A DNA stretch of 9,008 nucleotides from Candidatus Nanopusillus sp. (GTDB taxonomy: Archaea > Nanobdellota > Nanobdellia > Nanobdellales > Nanobdellaceae): assembly GCA_036845085.1 (NCBI GenBank), contig DAIUEN010000024.1, positions 1 through 9,008 of the forward strand, in the 5' to 3' direction. Below the pieces are notes generated by a model. The model searched no databases and was not told the origin of the DNA. It worked only from the letters and a program-made list of their open reading frames with translations. Both the position numbers and the translations under genes were made by a program. Of the stretch, positions 1 to 7,290 are shown piece after piece. The number at the start of each line of letters is the position of its first letter. Positions within the stretch are counted from its first letter, which is position 1.

Positions 1-622
1 ATTTACGCCAAAAGAAATTAAAAATATAGATAGAATATTATTATCAAATGATTTAACCTTAGAACAAAAAGTTATAGAACTTTTAATGTTGTCAAGATCA
101 ACTGCTGAAAGATTAAATTTCTATCAAGATATTTATAGTAGAATATTTATAGAGAAACCAGATAATATAATGGATTTAGCTTCTGGATTAAATCCAATTT
201 CTATATATTTTTCTAATATAAAGCCGAATAAATATTTTTTTGTAGATATATCAGAAAGAATAATAGACATAAATTCTATAATATTAAAAGAGATTGGTAT
301 TGAAAACTATGGTTACGTAATCGATTTATTAGAGCCCGAAAAAGTAATTTTTGATCATTATCATTATATATTTTTTTGGAAAACATTTCCTTTATTAGAG
401 AAAGTAGATTATTATGCTCCTAGAAATTTGATAAAGAATTTAAATTTTGATTATCTTATAGTATCTTTTCCACAGAAAAGTATAGGAAAGAAAAAGAATC
501 TTGGGAAAGCATGGATATTTAAATTTAAAAGATTTATACAATATAAAACAAATTTTAGAATAATAGACGAATTTTCTATTCCCTATGAATATTTCTTTAT
601 ATTACATAATGGTAAAAGTTAA
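1..622 (+). CDS. 16S rRNA (guanine-N7)-methyltransferase homologue, ArmA/RmtB (FmrO) family; 5' end outside the window
   Basis: The frame starting at nt 2 is open from the window edge: FTPKEIKNIDRILLSNDLTLEQKVIELL precedes the listed Met at 86, so the gene starts upstream. Family motifs occur in the correct order: STAERL (98-112), DLASGLNP SAM motif I (173-196), FWKTFPLLEK, VSFPQKSIGKKKNLG. As I remember RmtB/ArmA, these align with HASTxERL, DxACGLNP, FKxLPLLE and VSFPxxSLGG. Stop TAA at 620-622. Confidence 0.75.
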   Translation, partial: FTPKEIKNIDRILLSNDLTLEQKVIELLMLSRSTAERLNFYQDIYSRIFIEKPDNIMDLASGLNPISIYFSNIKPNKYFFVDISERIIDINSIILKEIGIENYGYVIDLLEPEKVIFDHYHYIFFWKTFPLLEKVDYYAPRNLIKNLNFDYLIVSFPQKSIGKKKNLGKAWIFKFKRFIQYKTNFRIIDEFSIPYEYFFILHNGKS

Positions 623-960
623 CTTTTATTTGTTAGTAAATTTTTTAGTTCATATTTTTTTAGTCCTTCTCCATCATAAATCCAAAGTTCAATATCTACA
701 TTTTCGGTATTATTATATTTTTCTATAAACTTTTTTAGTTTATATATCTCAAAATCATTTATATCTGACAAATCTTTTATGTTATTTCCTTTTTTGACTT
801 GGATTAACTTTATTCTTGCTATTCCATTATCATCTTTAATAGCTATTATATCTACTGGTGAATGAGATCCTGGCGTTCTCCATACAGTCCAACCTTCCTT
901 TTCTAATATTTCTTTTGTTTTTCTTTCGTAGTAATATCCTATTCTATATCTATTTTTCAT
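619..960 (-). CDS. hjc: Hjc-type archaeal Holliday junction resolvase-like PD-(D/E)xK nuclease
   Basis: 113-aa ORF with ATG at 958-960 (minus). The N-terminal half follows the Hjc pattern: G-x3-ER-x6-LEKEGW-x-V-x-R-x2-GS-x3-VDIIA ... LIQVKKG. This puts E12, D37 and Q54-V-K56 at the nuclease-fold catalytic positions. Length matches Hjc (about 110-140 aa). Confidence 0.65.
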   Translation of the reverse strand: MKNRYRIGYYYERKTKEILEKEGWTVWRTPGSHSPVDIIAIKDDNGIARIKLIQVKKGNNIKDLSDINDFEIYKLKKFIEKYNNTENVDIELWIYDGEGLKKYELKNLLTNKS

Positions 961-1010
961 TAAATATTAGGATATTTTACTTTTTATATTTTTTTATTAT
1001 ATAAACCTCT
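961..1010. promoter_or_regulatory. 50-bp divergent promoter region for hjc-like gene and polC, with a central TATA-like element
   Basis: This is the only non-coding DNA between two divergent ATGs (960 minus, 1011 plus). The A/T block tttttatatt at 981-990 (minus-strand reading aatataaaaa) lies about 25 nt from both start codons. That is the spacing expected for an archaeal TATA box driving leaderless or near-leaderless mRNAs. No Shine-Dalgarno-like purine run precedes either ATG. Confidence 0.3.
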
Positions 1011-4000
1011 ATGGATATCAATAATTATTTTTCTCAGATAAAAAACAAAGTTTTAGAATGTTATAAAATTGCTGAAGAGGCAAGAAAAAAAGATTTAGAT
1101 CCAGAAAATTATGTTGAAATTCCAATCTCTGAAGATATGGCTGATAGAGTAGAAAACTTATTATCTAACGTAGATCCAATAATAAAAGAAATTAATTTAC
1201 CAGCCGCTATAAGAGAAATAGAAAAAAAATATAAGCCACTTACATTTTCTACTATATTAAAGATTGCCGAATATACAGCGACAAAAGTATATGAAATTAC
1301 AAAAGATAAAGTTAAAGCAATCGATTTGGGGCTTAGGGCTAGTTTTTCTTACCATACATTAGGTGTTGTTGCAGCACCTACTGAAGGTATTGTAAAAGTT
1401 GAAGTAAAAAAGAGAATGGACGGGAAGGAATATATTTCTATATTTTATGCAGGCCCTGTTAGATCTGCTGGTGGTACTCCCGCAGCTTTTTCAGTTATAA
1501 TTGCAGATATGCTTAGAAAAATGTTTGGGTATTATCCTTGGGATCCCACAGAAGAAGAAATACAAAGATATATAATAGAAGTGTATGATTATAAAAGAGT
1601 AGCACACTTGCAATATATACCAAAAAGAGAAGAATTAGAATTTGTTTTAAGACATCTTCCTGTAGAAGTAAATGGAGAAGCAACTGAAGATGTAGAAGTT
1701 TCATCTTATAAAGATCTACCAAGAATAGAAACTAATTATATAAGAGGTGGGGTTGCTTTAGTACTAGCTGAAGGTTTATGTCAAAAAGCTGGAAAAATAT
1801 GGAAAAAGTTAGAACCGATATCTAAAGAGTTTAATCTAGAAGATTGGAAGTGGTTATCTGATTTCAAAAAACTTCAGGAAAAAATTTATGCTTCATCGTC
1901 TGGACAAAATGATTTATTAAAACCTAATTATAAATATCTACAGCAATTGACTGCTGGAAGGCCTATATTTTCTTTGCCATCTGCAGTTGGTGGTTTTAGA
2001 TTAAGATATGGAAAATCTAGAACTAACGGTCATGAATCTACATCTATTCATCCAGCAGTTGCTATACTTACATATAATTTTTTAGCATGGGGTACTCAAA
2101 TAGCAATTGAAAGACCTGGAAAAGCTTCAGCAATAACTTTTTCTGATACTATAGAGCCACCTGTTGTTAGACTTAAAAATAAATCTGTTGTAAAAGTAAA
2201 ATCTGAAAGAATGGCAAAAAAATTAATTAAAAATAAAGAAGTAGAAAAAATACTTTTTTTAGGAGATATACTAATTTCTTATGGAGACTTTTTAGATAAT
2301 GGACATGTTTTGGTTCCTGCAGGATATTGTGAAGAATGGTGGATATTAGAAGTAGACAAAAAAGCAAGAGAAAAAGTACCAGAATATTATATAGAATTTA
2401 ATCCTAATAAACCAAGAAAATTATTTGAAGTAAAAAATCTAGATAAATTAGCAGAATATTTAAAAATTGATATAAAAAGATTAGAAAAATATATATTAGA
2501 GCCAATTTTATATAAGCCAAAATTCTTAGAAGCTCTTAAAATATCTGTTTTGTTAGATGTTCCTCTTCATCCTAAGTATATATTTTTTTGGAAAAATATA
2601 ACTGGAAAACAATTTTATGATCTTTACGAATATCTTAGAAATAATTCTCAAGTAGAATATAAAATATTTAAAATAGGTGATAAAGAATTTAAAATAGCTA
2701 AGAAAATGGAAATAAAAAATGATGATTACATAAAAGAAATATTAGAAAATATATATATAGAACATAAGTTAGATAAAGATCGAATTATAATATCTTATCC
2801 TAATTCAGCAGCATTATATTTACAATTAGGATATCTTGAAAAAGAATTAAAATTTGAAAATGAAGAAAGCAGCCTTTCATTAGTCAATAAATTAAGTCCT
2901 GTAGTAATAAGAGATAAAGCTGGAACATATATCGGTGCTAGAATGGGTAGACCTGAAAAAGCTAAAATAAGAGAATTAAGGGGTTCTATTATGGTATTAT
3001 TCCCTGTGGGGAAAGAAGGGGGAAGGATGAGGAACTTAATAGAATCTATGAACAAAGGAAAAATAGTTTCAGATCTGATATCCTATTATTGCTATAAGTG
3101 TGGTATTTATGTACCATACAAAAAATGTATTATATGTGGATCTAAAACTAAGCTAATGCCAAATGGAAATATTTTGCATAGGAAATATGAGATAGATGTT
3201 AAAAAATATATAGAAGGTGCTATGAAGAACTTAAAGTTAGATCCATCACAGTTACCAAAAATTATAAAAGGACCTGAAGGTTTATCTTCAAAAAACAAAG
3301 CTCCTGAAAGATTAGAAAAAGGCATATTAAGGGCAAAATATAAAGTTTTTGTGTTTAGAGATGGTACTATAAGGTTTGATGCTATTGAAGTTCCGATAAC
3401 TTACTTCAAACCAAAAGATCTTATATATGTATCTATAGAGAAGCTAAGAGAACTTGGATATGATAAAGATATATATGGAAATCCTTTAGAAAACGAAGAT
3501 CAGATATTGGAACTAAAGCCACAAGATGTAATTTTACCTACTGTAGGACCAATTAAAAAAGGTGGTAAAATAAAGAAAAATGGGGTTTTATTGTCTTTAA
3601 TTAATGCTACTAAGTTTATAGATGAAGAATTAGAAAGATTATATGGGTTAAATAGATATTACAATGTCTCAAAGCCCGAAGATTTAGTAGGACATTTAAT
3701 AATCTTATTAGCTCCACATACTTCAGCTGGAACTGTCGGTAGAATAATTGGATTTTCTAGAACTCAAGCTTTGTTAATGCATCCGTTGATGCATGCTGCA
3801 ATTAGAAGAAATTGTGACGGTGATGAAGGTGGATGGATGTTACTTTTAGATGCTCTTATTAATTTTTCTAAATCATATTTACCAGAAAAAAGGGGCGGAA
3901 CTATGGATGCTCCTTTGACAATTACAATAAAAGTAAGAGCTGGAGAAGTAGATGACGAAGTTCACAATTTTGATACTGTTTGGAACTATCCACTAGAATT

Positions 4001-4565
4001 ATATGAAGCAGCTCAAAACTATAAACCTCCAGATTCTGTAAAAATACAAACATTGAAAGAGAGGTTGGGTAAGGAGGAAGAATATTATAACTGGGGATTT
4101 ATGCATGATATAAAATCTATTAGTAAGTCTGGTAATAAAATTTCTTCTTACAAAGCTCTAAATAATATGTTGGAAAAATTAGATGCTGAGTTAAAAGTGG
4201 CTAAATTATTAGCAGCTTCAGATCCTGTAAAAGTAGCTTCATTAGTAATACAATTACATTTTGCTAGAGATGTAAAAGGTAATTTAAGAAAGTTTTCTGA
4301 ACAAGAATTTAGATGTGTTAAGTGTAATAAAAAATATAGGAGAGTTCCTTTATCTGGAAAATGTGAGGTATGTGGAGGAAAATTAGTTTTTACAGTATCT
4401 TATGGTTCAATAACTAAGTATTTAGATCTTAGTTTATGGTTAGCAGAAAAGCTTAATTTAGACGAATATGTTAAATCTTACTTAGAATCTCTAAAACTAA
4501 AAGTAGATCAAATTATAGGTACTTCTTCAAAGGAAAAATCTCTAAAAAAATTCTTTGAAATATAA
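1011..4565 (+). CDS. polC: DNA polymerase II (family D, PolD) large catalytic subunit DP2
   Basis: 1184-aa ORF with ATG at 1011. DP2 hallmarks run along the whole length: AGPVRSAGGTP, RLRYGKSRTNG, GARMGRPEKA, LLAPHTSAG, and HAAIRRNCDGDEGGWMLLLDALINFS followed by LPEKRGGTMDAPL. There are two CxxC...CxxC zinc modules (3090-3137 and 4314-4373) and a C-terminal EKSLKKFF PIP-like tail. The length is consistent with an intein-free DP2. Confidence 0.97.
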   Translation: MDINNYFSQIKNKVLECYKIAEEARKKDLDPENYVEIPISEDMADRVENLLSNVDPIIKEINLPAAIREIEKKYKPLTFSTILKIAEYTATKVYEITKDKVKAIDLGLRASFSYHTLGVVAAPTEGIVKVEVKKRMDGKEYISIFYAGPVRSAGGTPAAFSVIIADMLRKMFGYYPWDPTEEEIQRYIIEVYDYKRVAHLQYIPKREELEFVLRHLPVEVNGEATEDVEVSSYKDLPRIETNYIRGGVALVLAEGLCQKAGKIWKKLEPISKEFNLEDWKWLSDFKKLQEKIYASSSGQNDLLKPNYKYLQQLTAGRPIFSLPSAVGGFRLRYGKSRTNGHESTSIHPAVAILTYNFLAWGTQIAIERPGKASAITFSDTIEPPVVRLKNKSVVKVKSERMAKKLIKNKEVEKILFLGDILISYGDFLDNGHVLVPAGYCEEWWILEVDKKAREKVPEYYIEFNPNKPRKLFEVKNLDKLAEYLKIDIKRLEKYILEPILYKPKFLEALKISVLLDVPLHPKYIFFWKNITGKQFYDLYEYLRNNSQVEYKIFKIGDKEFKIAKKMEIKNDDYIKEILENIYIEHKLDKDRIIISYPNSAALYLQLGYLEKELKFENEESSLSLVNKLSPVVIRDKAGTYIGARMGRPEKAKIRELRGSIMVLFPVGKEGGRMRNLIESMNKGKIVSDLISYYCYKCGIYVPYKKCIICGSKTKLMPNGNILHRKYEIDVKKYIEGAMKNLKLDPSQLPKIIKGPEGLSSKNKAPERLEKGILRAKYKVFVFRDGTIRFDAIEVPITYFKPKDLIYVSIEKLRELGYDKDIYGNPLENEDQILELKPQDVILPTVGPIKKGGKIKKNGVLLSLINATKFIDEELERLYGLNRYYNVSKPEDLVGHLIILLAPHTSAGTVGRIIGFSRTQALLMHPLMHAAIRRNCDGDEGGWMLLLDALINFSKSYLPEKRGGTMDAPLTITIKVRAGEVDDEVHNFDTVWNYPLELYEAAQNYKPPDSVKIQTLKERLGKEEEYYNWGFMHDIKSISKSGNKISSYKALNNMLEKLDAELKVAKLLAASDPVKVASLVIQLHFARDVKGNLRKFSEQEFRCVKCNKKYRRVPLSGKCEVCGGKLVFTVSYGSITKYLDLSLWLAEKLNLDEYVKSYLESLKLKVDQIIGTSSKEKSLKKFFEI

Positions 4566-4566
4566 C

Positions 4567-5316
4567 ATGTTTATACTCGCAGGAGTTGGTAATAATATTG
4601 ATGAAATACCTATTGGATTAATAAAAAATATAAAAGACGCCGATTTTGTGTTTTTTGAATACTATACAAATTTTGTAGATAGAGAAGTACTAGATTATTT
4701 AAAGAACTATAATAATAAGATAGAGTTGGTTGATAGGGATTTTGTAGAAAATAAATTAGAAGAAATAATATTATCTAATAGGAATAAAAAAATATTACTT
4801 ATAGTATCTGGTAGTCCTCTTTATGCTACAACACACATATATTTTCTAAAACTATGCAAAGAAAATAATATAGAATATAAAGTTATTAACGCTCCTTCTA
4901 TATTTGATGAACTTGGAAAAATAGGAATTTCTTTATATAAATTTGGAAGAACAGTATCAGTACCATTTCATTATTCAGAATCTTTCTACGATCATATTGT
5001 AAAAAATTACAAAAATGGATATCATACATTACTGCTTCTAGATTTAGATCCAAAAACAGGAAAATTTTTATCTCACTCAGAAGCTCTAGATATTTTATTA
5101 GATATAGATAAAAAAAGAGAAAATTTATTTTCAGAGGATACTGAGGTTATCGTCTGTAGTAATATAAATAGAAAGAATGAAAGGATCTACTTTGGCAAAA
5201 TAAAATTATTGAAAAAAATAGACCTAGACCCTCCATTATGTATTATAATACCATCAAATTTAAATAAAATAGAAAAAGAATTTATATTATGTATGACATA
5301 CTATATAAAAGAATAA
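4567..5316 (+). CDS. dphB: Diphthine synthase (diphthamide biosynthesis methyltransferase)
   Basis: ATG at 4567 gives MFILAGVG..., the normal N-terminus of the family. The ORF-track start at 4555 is a TTG inside the polC tail. Full-length family resemblance: FFEYYT, SGSPLYATTH (canonical GDPLxATTH), NAPSI, ISLYKFGRTVS, GYHTLLLLD, DPPLCIIIPS. Confidence 0.9.
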   Translation: MFILAGVGNNIDEIPIGLIKNIKDADFVFFEYYTNFVDREVLDYLKNYNNKIELVDRDFVENKLEEIILSNRNKKILLIVSGSPLYATTHIYFLKLCKENNIEYKVINAPSIFDELGKIGISLYKFGRTVSVPFHYSESFYDHIVKNYKNGYHTLLLLDLDPKTGKFLSHSEALDILLDIDKKRENLFSEDTEVIVCSNINRKNERIYFGKIKLLKKIDLDPPLCIIIPSNLNKIEKEFILCMTYYIKE

Positions 5317-6086
5317 AAAATCCGTATATATTATTTGTAATTTCTTTCTTTATAATCCTTTTTTCTATTTTTCTATCTAAAGGAGAGGGAGTATTTGGTG
5401 GATTATTATCGATTACTATATCATTAGTTCCTCTTACTCAAATATATGTATCCCTTATAGAAATGGATGAAGAAATCTCTGAAAGATATCATAAAAGTAA
5501 GAATATATTTCATCTATACAGAGATTATATTATTTGTTCCTTTATAATATTCTTTTCAGGAGTTTTTGCATATTATATCGGCTATATATTATATCCGGAA
5601 ATGTTTTTTAGACAGACTCAAACAATAATTAACATGAAGGAAAATTTGAGTATGTTAATGGAAGGAAATGCAATTTATACTAATAATGTCTTTACATATA
5701 TACTAATTAATAATATGTTTGTTTTACTATTATTTTTCTTTATGTCTTTTGTTTTTGGAGCAGGTTCTATTTATTTATTATTATGGAACTCTTCTGTAAT
5801 AGGTGTTTTTCTAGGAATTAAAGCATCTAGTGTAAGCAGTTCAGATATATTATATAAATATTTTTTATATCCGTTATATAATCTGATTTTAATATTACCA
5901 CATGGTATTTTAGAATTTTTATCTTATTTTTTAGCAGCACTAGCTGGTGGAATTTTTTCTATAGCTCTAATAAAAAATTTAGATAAAGAAATCTTAGAAA
6001 ACGTAATAGGAGATTCTATGTTATTATTTTTAATTTCTATTGTGCTTTTGGTATTAGCTGCTATCATAGAAACCTTTGTTATTTAG
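5289..6086 (+). CDS. SpoIIM/DUF95-family integral membrane protein
   Basis: 265-aa ORF. ATG 5289 is the only in-frame start before residue 59, so the 28-nt overlap with dphB is real. It has multiple hydrophobic segments. The signature NNMFV...FGAGSIYLLLWNSSVIGVFLG...LPHGILEFLSYFLAALAGG matches the conserved core of SpoIIM/DUF95 proteins. Confidence 0.75.
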   Translation: MYDILYKRIKNPYILFVISFFIILFSIFLSKGEGVFGGLLSITISLVPLTQIYVSLIEMDEEISERYHKSKNIFHLYRDYIICSFIIFFSGVFAYYIGYILYPEMFFRQTQTIINMKENLSMLMEGNAIYTNNVFTYILINNMFVLLLFFFMSFVFGAGSIYLLLWNSSVIGVFLGIKASSVSSSDILYKYFLYPLYNLILILPHGILEFLSYFLAALAGGIFSIALIKNLDKEILENVIGDSMLLFLISIVLLVLAAIIETFVI

Positions 6087-7290
6087 GGTATATAATTACT
6101 TTTTTCCCATCTTCAAATAGTTTTACTAAGTATTCTAATAATTCGCTGTAATTCTGTTTAGTAAATTCTATCAACCTTTTATGGTATTCATCTACATTTA
6201 TATTTAACAAGTGGATAAGATAAAGGTCTCTATATAATCTAGAAAATATATTATTTTCTATCTTTGTTTTAAATATAAAATCTTCTCTTAATATTCTTCC
6301 TTCTACATATTCTTTTTCTATTTTGCTATAACTTTCTATTAAATCATTTATAGCTTTTTCAACCTCTTTTTCTTTTTCTTTTTCAAATCCAGGTATAACT
6401 AAAGAAAATATAAGTTCATCTTTAAAAGTATATTCTATTTCTAATTTTATGTGATATCCTATTCCATGTTTATTTCTAAATATTTGGAAAATTTTTGACG
6501 AAATACCTCCCGATAGGATTAAAGATAAACTATCTATACTATATATATTGTCTATATTGTAAGATCTGTTTATTGCAAAATATATTTGATTTCTAGTATC
6601 CATATCGATTATTATGTCTTTTCCAATATCCTTAGATGGATTTTTCTTTTTCTTAGAAGATCCATCTAATTTTCTAAAATATTCTTTTACAAGTTTAATA
6701 TGTTTATCAGAAAAATTACCTTCAATTATTATAAAAGTATTGTCTGGATTGTAATAATCTTCTTTAAATCTTTCGATGTCTTCTTTATTAATGTTGATTA
6801 TAGTGTGTCTATATCCTCCTATAGGATCTCCATAATCAGATTCTCCATATATAGATTTTGGTATATTTATTTCTAGGTAACTTTCAGGATCATTTTCATA
6901 TCTCTCTATTTCAGATAATACAACTTTCTTCTCTTTTTCAAATTCATCTAATCTATATTTTTTGTTATTATATATAGTAAATAATATATCTAGTGTTTTT
7001 TCGAATCCTTCTGGTAAAACTTCCAGTAAATACCCAGTTAAAGTTTCTGAAGTAAAAGCATTAGAAATTCCACCATTTAGTTCTAATCCATAGTTTATTT
7101 GTTCTGAACTATATTTATAATTTGTCTTAAATGACATATGTTCTAGTAAATGAGATATTCCTCTCATATCTTTATTTTCATATATTGATCCAATTTCAAC
7201 TCCAATTCCTATTCCTATTGTTCTTGCATTATTATTTGGTATTTTGTATAAAGTAATCCCATTGTCTAATTTTTCTACTTCCATTTTCAT
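6079..7290 (-). CDS. M16-family (pitrilysin/insulinase-like) zinc peptidase
   Basis: 403-aa ORF with ATG at 7288-7290 (minus). The inverted zinc motif HxxEH appears as GISHLLEHMSFKT (HLLEH codons 7138-7152). The downstream glutamate region is VVLSEIERYENDPE, and the N-terminal KLDNGITLY pattern is typical of the family. Confidence 0.85.
   Translation of the reverse strand: MKMEVEKLDNGITLYKIPNNNARTIGIGIGVEIGSIYENKDMRGISHLLEHMSFKTNYKYSSEQINYGLELNGGISNAFTSETLTGYLLEVLPEGFEKTLDILFTIYNNKKYRLDEFEKEKKVVLSEIERYENDPESYLEINIPKSIYGESDYGDPIGGYRHTIININKEDIERFKEDYYNPDNTFIIIEGNFSDKHIKLVKEYFRKLDGSSKKKKNPSKDIGKDIIIDMDTRNQIYFAINRSYNIDNIYSIDSLSLILSGGISSKIFQIFRNKHGIGYHIKLEIEYTFKDELIFSLVIPGFEKEKEKEVEKAINDLIESYSKIEKEYVEGRILREDFIFKTKIENNIFSRLYRDLYLIHLLNINVDEYHKRLIEFTKQNYSELLEYLVKLFEDGKKVIIYPK

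Noticed and set aside
86-88. ATG at 86 as the true start of the methyltransferase
   Set aside because: The frame is open to the window edge, and the upstream residues still align with the N-terminal domain of RmtB-type enzymes. A start at 86 would delete that domain.
365-383. 19-nt exact repeat tatatatttttttggaaaa at 365-383 and 2577-2595
   Set aside because: Both copies are in frame and encode YIFFWK in two unrelated proteins. The sequence is low-complexity A/T driven by codon bias, with no flanking similarity, so I treat it as coincidence and not a mobile or regulatory repeat.
1449-1486. Locally GC-rich patches (1449-1486 and 3001-3035) that could mark structured RNA genes in an AT-rich thermophile-like genome
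   Set aside because: Both encode conserved Gly/Pro/Ala/Arg-rich DP2 motifs (AGPVRSAGGTPAA and PVGKEGGRMRN). I could not draw any tRNA-like cloverleaf or stem structure.
1513-1722. 69-aa minus-strand ORF inside polC
   Set aside because: It lies entirely antisense to a strongly conserved part of DP2. The product is Leu-rich and low-complexity, typical of a shadow frame, and it has no promoter space.
2795-3325. Two minus-strand ORFs (2795-3055, 86 aa; 3107-3325, 72 aa) inside polC
   Set aside because: They are antisense to conserved DP2 motifs (GARMGRPEKA and the first zinc module). The composition looks like a mirror of the sense frame, with no independent support.
1011-4565. Possible intein or split junction in PolD, as in Pyrococcus horikoshii DP2
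   Set aside because: RRN-CDGDE is contiguous at 3804-3827 and the total length fits an intein-free DP2. No Hint/endonuclease-like insertion is visible.
4555-4566. TTG start at 4555 for diphthine synthase (track coordinates)
   Set aside because: ATG at 4567 gives the canonical family N-terminus (MFILAGVG) and sits 1 nt after the polC stop. The TTG would add four residues (MKYN) that overlap the polC tail.
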